From contig CAVXJS010000021.1 of assembly GCA_963762145.1 (NCBI GenBank), forward strand, positions 864,001 through 928,000: a DNA stretch of 64,000 nt. Reading direction: 5' to 3'. Position 1 is the stretch's first letter; each line of letters opens with the position of its first letter. Positions 57,113 through 64,000 of the stretch are shown one piece after another. The notes beneath the pieces are model-generated. The model saw nothing but the letters and a program-made list of their open reading frames with translations, did no database searches and was not told the DNA's origin. Position numbers and translations under genes: made by a program. The DNA is from an uncultured Candidatus Rokubacteria bacterium. Lineage in GTDB: Bacteria > Methylomirabilota > Methylomirabilia > Rokubacteriales > CSP1-6.

Positions 57113-58063
57113 ATGGAGTGGCTCAACTATCATCACCTGCTCTACTTCTGGATGGTCGTGCGGACCGGCAGCGTGGCGGCCGCCAGCACCGAGCTGAAGC
57201 TTGCCTCGCCGACCATCAGCGTCCAGATCCGGCGGCTCGAGGAGCAGCTCGGCGAGAAGCTGCTCCGACGCTCGGGGCGTCACGTCATCCCCACCGAGAT
57301 GGGTCAGGTCGTCTATCGCTACGCCGACGAGATCTTCGCCCTCGGGCGGGAGCTCCTCGACACCGCCCGCGGCCGGCCGACCGGTCGGCCGATGCACGTG
57401 GTGATCGGCGTACACGACGTCATCCCGAAGGCCATCGCGCGGAGGCTCATCGAGCCCGCCCTCAAGCTCCCGGACCCGGTCAGGATCACCTGTCGCGAGG
57501 GCAGTTCGGAACAGCTCCTCGCGGACCTTTCCGTCCAACGCGTCGACGTCGTGCTGGCTGACGCCCCGATCAGCCCTACCGTGAAGGTCCGCGCCTACAA
57601 TCATTTGCTCGGCGAAACGGGGCAGTCGTTCCTGGGTGTCCCGCGGTTGGTGCGGAAGTACCGGCCGGGGTTCCCGAAATCGCTGCACGACGCACCGATG
57701 CTACTGCCCACTCCGAACACCGCAGTGCGGCACGCCCTGGACCAGTGGTTCGACGCTGTCGACATCCGGCCCCGCGTCGTCGGTGAGTTCGACGATTCGG
57801 AGCTACGCTGGGAGTTCGGCGCGACCGGAATCGGAGTCTTCTCGGCTCCACTCGTGCTCGAGACGCATCTCAGCCGGCTCCACAACGTGCAGCGGATCGG
57901 CTTGATGCCGACCGTACTCTCGACCTTCTACGCGATCTCGGTAGAGCGGAAGCTCAAACATCCGGCCGCGGTCGCGATTTGCGAGGCGGCACGGCATACG
58001 CTGTTCGCCAAGAAGGCGCCAACCCCGTCTCGGCGGGCGCGCGCGCGCCCGGCGCGGAGCTGA
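57113..58063 (+). CDS. nhaR: LysR family transcriptional activator, NhaR-like
   Basis: MEWLNYHHLLYFW N-terminus, HTH, GEFDDS, YAISVERKLKHPA. Confidence 0.9.
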   Translation: MEWLNYHHLLYFWMVVRTGSVAAASTELKLASPTISVQIRRLEEQLGEKLLRRSGRHVIPTEMGQVVYRYADEIFALGRELLDTARGRPTGRPMHVVIGVHDVIPKAIARRLIEPALKLPDPVRITCREGSSEQLLADLSVQRVDVVLADAPISPTVKVRAYNHLLGETGQSFLGVPRLVRKYRPGFPKSLHDAPMLLPTPNTAVRHALDQWFDAVDIRPRVVGEFDDSELRWEFGATGIGVFSAPLVLETHLSRLHNVQRIGLMPTVLSTFYAISVERKLKHPAAVAICEAARHTLFAKKAPTPSRRARARPARS

Positions 58064-58088
58064 TCCAGAGCCACTCGCGGGGGCAACC

Positions 58089-59357
58089 TCACGGGTAGAG
58101 ACCGCGGACCCGGTGCGCATCGGCCACGCGGCCGATCCCCTCCATCAGGGCCGCCGATCTCAGCGTTACTTTTTCGCGCTCGGCAGTCGCCCAGACCCGG
58201 TCGACCGCGCGCGTCATGATCTCCTGAAGGCGAGAAGTGACCTCGGTCTCTCGCCAGAAGTGGTGCTGAAGCCCCTGAACCCACTCGAAGTACGACACCA
58301 CAACCCCGCCGGCGTTGGCCAGAACGTCTGGAATCACCCGGACGCCCCGCTCGTGGAGGATTGCATCCGCCTCCGCAGTGGTGGGACCATTGGCCGCCTC
58401 GATGATGACGGCGGCCTTCACCCGATCGGCATTACCCTCGTGGATCTGTGATCCGACCGCGGCCGGCACAAGGACCCCGCACGCCTGTTCGATCAGGTCC
58501 GCGTTCGAGATCGGATCGGCGCCTGGCAAGCCGACCACGCTGCCGCTCTCCTTTACATGATCCTGGAGCTTAATCACATCGAGACCCTGCTCATTCCAGA
58601 TCCCTCCGTTGATGTCGCCGACGCCGACGATCATGCAGCCGTCGTTCCAGAGAAGACGCGCCACAACACTTCCAACGTTCCCGAACCCCTGGATTACCAC
58701 CCGCTTACCTCGAAGCTCGTGGCCCAGATGGTGAGCGGCCTGATGAAGGACTGAGACGATCCCTCGGCCGGTTGCCTCCCGTCGCCCGTACGATCCTCCG
58801 ATGATGAGCGGCTTTCCGGTTACCATTCCCGGCACGCTCCGTCCCTGCGTCATCGAGTACGTGTCCATCATCCACGCCATGGTCTGCTCGTCAGTCCCGA
58901 GATCCGGAGCGGGAATGTCCAGGTCAGGTCCAATGAGCGGCATGATCTCCACGGTATAGCGACGGGTGACGCCTTCGCGCTCCCGTACCGACAACCGTTG
59001 GGGCGCGCAGCGAACTCCCCCTTTCGCACCGCCATACGGCAAGCCCATGAGCGCGCACTTCCAGGTCATCAGCATCGCCAGGGCGGTCACCTCGCCCAGA
59101 TCCACGCACGGATCGTACCGGAGCCCGCCCTTGCTCGGCCCAAGAGCGGTATCGTGATGAACCCGGTACCCGATGAAGACTTCAGTTCGTCCATCGTCCA
59201 TGAGCACGGGGATGGACACGGTCAGCGCACGTCGCGGATACCGGAGCCGCTCGTGGATACCCGAATCGAGATTCAAGCGTTCCGCGATTGCGTCGAGCTG
59301 GGCAAGTGCTGTTCGATGAAGAGGCGACTCGAACTCTGAGGCCGGTGTCATGAACAT
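58089..59357 (-). CDS. gdhA: Glu/Leu/Phe/Val dehydrogenase (glutamate dehydrogenase)
   Basis: KGGLRY, GGAKGG, DIPAPD, QGFGNVG, EAANGPTT, SYFEWVQ. Confidence 0.93.
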   Translation of the reverse strand: MFMTPASEFESPLHRTALAQLDAIAERLNLDSGIHERLRYPRRALTVSIPVLMDDGRTEVFIGYRVHHDTALGPSKGGLRYDPCVDLGEVTALAMLMTWKCALMGLPYGGAKGGVRCAPQRLSVREREGVTRRYTVEIMPLIGPDLDIPAPDLGTDEQTMAWMMDTYSMTQGRSVPGMVTGKPLIIGGSYGRREATGRGIVSVLHQAAHHLGHELRGKRVVIQGFGNVGSVVARLLWNDGCMIVGVGDINGGIWNEQGLDVIKLQDHVKESGSVVGLPGADPISNADLIEQACGVLVPAAVGSQIHEGNADRVKAAVIIEAANGPTTAEADAILHERGVRVIPDVLANAGGVVVSYFEWVQGLQHHFWRETEVTSRLQEIMTRAVDRVWATAEREKVTLRSAALMEGIGRVADAHRVRGLYP

Positions 59358-60901
59358 TCGCTCTCTCCCTCAGGCCGGCCACCCGCGATCATGCGCGTGA
59401 TCTCCGCCTCGTAGAGCTCATAAGTTGGTTTGCAAATGATCGACGCCGCCCCGGCTGTGCGCCGCTCCGTCGCCTCCACTCGCAACAGGCCGTCGGCATC
59501 GATCCACAATGTGACCTTGATCTCGGGCATGCCAGCGGGCATCGGTGGGATCCCGCGCAGCTCGAATCGGGCCAGCGACCGACACTCTTTCGCCAGCTCC
59601 CGCTCGCCCTGCACCACGTGGAGGGCGACGGTTGTCTGTCCATCGACCGACGTCGTGAACGTCTCGTCCGCCCGCGTGGGAATCGTGGTGTTCCGCGGAA
59701 TGACCACACTGACGCTGCCGCCGAGGGTTTCGATTCCGAGAGACAGCGGCATCACATCCAAGAGGAGCATGTTCCCGTGCCCACCCTCCAGGATGCTCGC
59801 CTGGACGGCCGCCCCCATCGCCACCACCTGGTCCGGATCGAGACGGCTGTGCGTCGGGCGATCGAACAGACTCTCCACGCGCCGTCGTACCAGGGGCACC
59901 CGCGTCGACCCACCAACCAGCACGACCTCGTCGACGTCGGCCGGCGTCAGCCCAGCGTCTAGAAGCGCCATCTGGCACCGGATCAAGGTCCCTTTCACCA
60001 ACGGGTCAATTAGGTCCTCGAACTCGACGCGCGTGATCTCCCGGTAGTATGCGAGGTTCTCGAAAGAAAGCCGCACGGTGGTCCGGGGCTGACCGGAGAG
60101 CTCGACCTTTGCGGCCTCCGCGGCCAGCCGGAGCTGCTGCATCGCCACTCGGTCTCCTGCCAGTTCGCTGCCATGGCGCCCACGGATATCCTCTAGCAGG
60201 AACTCCACTAGCGCCCGGTCAAAGTCGTCACCCCCAAGCCGGGTGTGCCCGTTCGTCGCGAGCACCTCGAAGACTCCGTCCGTGACTCGGAGGAGAGAGA
60301 TGTCGAAGGTGCCGCCACCGAGGTCGTAGATCGCGATGACACCATTCTGCAGCCGCTGGAGTCCGTAGGCGAGGGCCGCGGCAGTCGGCTCGTTGAGCAG
60401 ACGCACCACTTCGAGCCCGGCGATCCGTCCCGCGTCGCGCGTCGCTTGTCGCTGGCTCTCGTCGAAGTAGGCCGGCACCGTGACCACTGCCCGCCGGACC
60501 GGCTCGCCGAAATGAGCACCCGCCTGCTCCTTGAGGGCCTTGAGCACGATCGCCGAAACCTCCGTCGGGGTGATCTCACGATCGCCGACGAGAAACCGAG
60601 TCGTGAGTTCCCCGGGAAGTACCGTGAAGGGGAGGTAAGCGATCTCGGACGCCGCGTCGTCGTAACTCCGTCCGAGCAGCCGCTTCGCGGAGAAGACGGT
60701 GGATCCCGGCTCCTGCGCGAGCATACGTTTGGCCTCATCGCCGACCAAAGGCTTCTCCGATTTGAACGACACGACCGATGGCACACGAACCTCTCCTCGA
60801 CGGTCTGGTATGACCCTCGGCAGTCCTGTCCGGTAGTCGACGTACGCGATGAGACTGTTGGTCGTCCCGAGATCGATCCCGATGATCGGGGGCATGGTCA
60901 T
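59348..60901 (-). CDS. Hsp70 family chaperone (HscA-like), lacking the C-terminal lid
   Basis: GIDLGTTNS, TVPAYF, NEPTAAA, DLGGGTFD, VGGSTR, PLSLGIET, IDADGLL; ends at 517 aa. Confidence 0.9.
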   Translation of the reverse strand: MTMPPIIGIDLGTTNSLIAYVDYRTGLPRVIPDRRGEVRVPSVVSFKSEKPLVGDEAKRMLAQEPGSTVFSAKRLLGRSYDDAASEIAYLPFTVLPGELTTRFLVGDREITPTEVSAIVLKALKEQAGAHFGEPVRRAVVTVPAYFDESQRQATRDAGRIAGLEVVRLLNEPTAAALAYGLQRLQNGVIAIYDLGGGTFDISLLRVTDGVFEVLATNGHTRLGGDDFDRALVEFLLEDIRGRHGSELAGDRVAMQQLRLAAEAAKVELSGQPRTTVRLSFENLAYYREITRVEFEDLIDPLVKGTLIRCQMALLDAGLTPADVDEVVLVGGSTRVPLVRRRVESLFDRPTHSRLDPDQVVAMGAAVQASILEGGHGNMLLLDVMPLSLGIETLGGSVSVVIPRNTTIPTRADETFTTSVDGQTTVALHVVQGERELAKECRSLARFELRGIPPMPAGMPEIKVTLWIDADGLLRVEATERRTAGAASIICKPTYELYEAEITRMIAGGRPEGESECS

Positions 60902-61338
60902 CCTCCCTCGGTCTCCTGAATCGGGTACCAGCGAAGCCTCAACTGATCCTCGAAAGAGGAGAGCTTGACTGTCTCAAGCTCGACAGCAGCCGCGGGCCCC
61001 CGCCATGTGCGCTTCGTCTTCCCCCCGACGGGATTGCCGTAACAAGCGGTCAGGAGATCACTCATCCGCGCGATCCGCTCTGCCTCCACATCGGCAGCAC
61101 GGAACAGGACTTGACACAGCTCACCGGTGGCGTGCGAGAACTGCGGAACCACCTCGAACGGGTGGCCCTCGATCGTCACCGATCCCCTGATCGGAGCGTA
61201 CGAGTTCGCAAACTTCGCGACCGGCGTGATCGGACTCACGCGACCCGCGAGGGCCTCCCGTACCTCCTCCTCGGTCATGCCCCACTCGATTGCCGGCCAT
61301 CCAGCGACATCACGGACGTCTTCAGCCAAACTGATCAC
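60898..61338 (-). CDS. Hypothetical protein
   Basis: AAGGAGG SD, GTG start, WGMTEEEV motif; ATGA-coupled to the Hsp70 gene. Confidence 0.7.
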   Translation of the reverse strand: MISLAEDVRDVAGWPAIEWGMTEEEVREALAGRVSPITPVAKFANSYAPIRGSVTIEGHPFEVVPQFSHATGELCQVLFRAADVEAERIARMSDLLTACYGNPVGGKTKRTWRGPAAAVELETVKLSSFEDQLRLRWYPIQETEGG

Positions 61339-61367
61339 GGTAGACCTCCTTGTTCGTCATGTCTCTG

Positions 61368-61433
61368 TTGTACGTGGCGACCAACACTTAGGCCATTAGA
61401 AAGTCTGCGCGTGTTCCGTAGCTTTTCACGAAG
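61368..61433 (-). promoter_or_regulatory. Shared promoter/operator, copy B (candidate NhaR-like site)
   Basis: Same blocks at identical offsets as 57036..57101; contains T-N11-A TCGTGAAAAGCTA. Confidence 0.7.
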
Positions 61434-61479
61434 TATCGATCCACTAGACCGACGATCGAATGACAGGTAGAAAGTACGT

Positions 61480-61938
61480 ATGGCGACAAGCGAGGCGAGA
61501 AGCAGTGGGCTGTTTCGCCAGATCGTGGAGGAGATGCCGGAGGCAGTGATTTTCGCCGATCAGCAGGGCGTGGTCCGCCTGTGGAACCGGGCGGCGGAGA
61601 CCCTGTTCGGATACTCCGCCGACGAGGCCCTGGGACAGAGCCTTGATCTGATCGTACCGGAGCGTTTTCGCGCTCGACACTGGGAAGGCTACCGTCACGT
61701 CATGGCTACCGGGGTGACCAGCTATGGACAGCGGCTGCTAGCGGTGCCCGCGATGCGCAAGGACGGTCAGCGCATCTCCATCGAGTTCTCGATCGCTCTC
61801 TTGAAGGACGAACACGGAGAGGTAACTGGTGCCGCCGCGGTCATCCGTGACGTGACGACCCGATGGCAAGCAGAGCGTGAGATGAAAAGGCGCTTGGCGG
61901 CACTGGAGGAATCCGGCGGCCGCGCCGCGGCTACCTAA
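61480..61938 (+). CDS. Stand-alone PAS domain protein
   Basis: WNRAAETLFGYSADEALGQSLDLIVPE, RKDG, IRDVT. Confidence 0.9.
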   Translation: MATSEARSSGLFRQIVEEMPEAVIFADQQGVVRLWNRAAETLFGYSADEALGQSLDLIVPERFRARHWEGYRHVMATGVTSYGQRLLAVPAMRKDGQRISIEFSIALLKDEHGEVTGAAAVIRDVTTRWQAEREMKRRLAALEESGGRAAAT

Positions 61939-63256
61939 GGCGTGGACGGCGGCGCGGGCCGGGGTTCCTTGCTCAGGGCCACGAGGATGATGCTGAGTCC
62001 CACGGAACCCAGGCACAACCAGAACACCGCCTGATAGGCCGCGACCGGTGTGTGTCCGTCCGGCTGGGGAAACGCCGACACGATCAGTCCGCTGACTTGC
62101 TGATAGACGGCGCCACCGAGCCAGAAAAAGAGGTTGAGGATTCCCATGGCCGTGGCGACAACCTGGGGTGGGACCGAGTCCTTGAGCTGCGCATACGATG
62201 GAATCCAGGTGGAGGCGAAGAACCCGCCCCAGAACATCGCCACCCACAGCACGCCGTCCGACAGTCCGACCGGGCGGATAGCGAGAAGCACCCAGAGGAG
62301 GGCATACACGACAGCGCCCGCAAGCACCACGCGCTTGCGGGAGCCCACGATCTCGTCGGCCAGGTAGCCCCAGAGCGTGCAACCGACGATGAGCCCGATG
62401 GCCCAGAGGGTCAGCGCGTTGGCGGCTTGCTGCTGCGTCTGCCCATAGGCATCCATGAGATAGGGCACGGCCCACAACCCTTGCATCATCGTCATCGTGC
62501 CGAATAGCAGGAAGGCATAGCTCCCAGCAGCCAGGTATTCGGCTCGCGAAGGACCACGAGAAGGCCCTGGCCCAGCGACATGGACCGGCTGGCTCCCGGA
62601 GGCTCGGGCAGATCATCTATCTCGGCGAGCGAGGGGAGCCCGCGCTCGGAGGGGTTGTCACGGACGAAGACATATATAAGGAGCGCCGTCACCAGCATGA
62701 CCACTCCAACCCCGCCCAGGCTGAGCCGCCAACCCGTCAACGTGATCAATGCCATGAGGGGCGCGGCCGCGCTCAGCCCACCCAGGTTGGCGACCGACGT
62801 CCAGGCCCCGGTGAGGGTTCCGAACTCTCGGCTGCGGAACCACTGCGCCATGATCTTGGCGGCGCCCACATAGAGGATCGAGGCTCCAAGGCCGGTCAGG
62901 GCTCGCCCGATGAGCGCCACCACAAAGTTGGGGGCGGAGGCGAACAACACCTGCCCAACCCCGGCGACGACCAGGAAGGCGGTGACCGTTCGACGTGAGC
63001 CGAAGCGGTCGGTCAGGACACCCGCCACCGGCTGCATCAGGGCAAAGGGCCACAGGTACAGTGAGGTGAGGAGCCCGAGCTCGGCCGCGTTCAGGACGAA
63101 TGCCGCCTGTAAATCGGGGATGGCCACGGCCGGGGCCAGGCGGGTGAAGAAGGCCAGCAGCCCGCTGACGAAGAGCAGCCCGAGGCACACCCAGCGGTAC
63201 GTCAGCGTCCGTCGGATCAGAGCGGGCGTGAGGAGCTGCGGATCGGCCGGCGTCAC
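61935..63256 (-). CDS. MFS transporter split by a 1-bp frameshift near 62521
   Basis: N-half has GVLTDRFGSR; C-half has GYLADEIVGSRK; the bridge YAFLLFGTMTMMQG lies in the shifted frame. Confidence 0.87.
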
Positions 63257-64000
63257 CGATTAATCCGGCTGGTGGCGCCTCTCGCCGCCTGAGCTCGGCG
63301 GGGCGCCGCCACCCACGCGGCCACGGCGGAGGCCGCGATAGCGAGCGCGGCGACGGCGAACGCGATCTGATAGCTGCCGGTGACGTCGAAGAGCCAGCCT
63401 CCGAGGAACGGTCCGATGAAGCCTCCGAGTCCGCCCCCACCCTGGGCGGCCCCGAGAATGACTCCCAGATGCCGTCCCGCGAAGAGATCGGTCGGGATGG
63501 CCGCCAGCAGGGAGATGCGCATACCGAAGCCCACCCCGGCGACCACGTAGCCGAGCAGGAGCAGGAAGTCTTCGGGTCCGTCGAGGCAACCGAGACAACC
63601 GATCCCGGCGACCCCGATGGCCGAGCCGAGCGCAAAGACCCACCCCCTACCCCACCGGTCTGAGAGGGAACCGCCGATCACGTTCCCCGCGACCGTACAC
63701 GCGCCACCCAGTCCAAACACCCACCCAAGCGTGGCGCCGCTGAAGCCGCGCTCCAGCGCGTGCGCGACCTGGTGCGTCGTGACAATCTGATATCCGATCA
63801 CCCCGAACCCCCACATCGCGAACACCGCCCAGAACGGGACGCTGCGGAGCGCCATGCCCAGCGTCCAGTCGCCGGCGGCTTCCGGCATCCGATCGACGGG
63901 CACCTCGCGCCGACCCTCGACGTTCTCGGGTGGGTCACGATAGAGGAAGGCGGCGAGCGGGATGGTCACGACGGCCACGAGGAGGCCGAAGATCGCCAGC
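63253..64000 (-). CDS. MFS transporter (partial, start beyond the right edge)
   Basis: GSLSDRWGR, GPFLGGWLFDVTGSY, multiple TM helices. Confidence 0.88.
   Translation of the reverse strand, partial: LAIFGLLVAVVTIPLAAFLYRDPPENVEGRREVPVDRMPEAAGDWTLGMALRSVPFWAVFAMWGFGVIGYQIVTTHQVAHALERGFSGATLGWVFGLGGACTVAGNVIGGSLSDRWGRGWVFALGSAIGVAGIGCLGCLDGPEDFLLLLGYVVAGVGFGMRISLLAAIPTDLFAGRHLGVILGAAQGGGGLGGFIGPFLGGWLFDVTGSYQIAFAVAALAIAASAVAAWVAAPRRAQAARGATSRINR

Noticed and set aside
1-64000. CRISPR array, cas genes, IS/transposase, integrase, rRNA, intact tRNA
   Set aside because: No regularly spaced repeats or recognisable motifs were found by eye; short or degenerate elements could have been missed.

Overview
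High-GC bacterial DNA whose gene content and repeats resemble Candidatus Rokubacteria (Methylomirabilota); this taxonomy is an inference. Bases 1-18 kb are dense and core-like: redox and aromatic-catabolism enzymes, three orphan solute-binding proteins and REP-like palindromes. This part includes a glutaredoxin-DinB fusion with an in-frame TGA (UxxC) followed by a SECIS-like hairpin, a probable selenoprotein that the ORF track truncates. Bases ~18-35 kb form a decayed accessory mosaic. It holds a truncated and a full CoxL/XDH-like gene, and two ~525-bp direct repeats (each a VOC gene plus the 5' half of a tRNA-Thr-like gene). The repeats flank a general-stress cluster with several sigma-54-type -24/-12 motifs. 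Bases 35.7-44 kb carry a tamB-tamA/bamA-surA-like module. Bases 45-61 kb are stress and carbon-metabolism genes around an NhaR-type LysR gene; two leftward operons there share a 66-bp ungapped promoter/operator signature. A four-copy intergenic hairpin family and a small-protein paralog pair are also present. Four otherwise intact genes carry single-base frameshifts, possibly sequencing errors. No CRISPR array, rRNA, intact tRNA, integrase or transposase was recognised.
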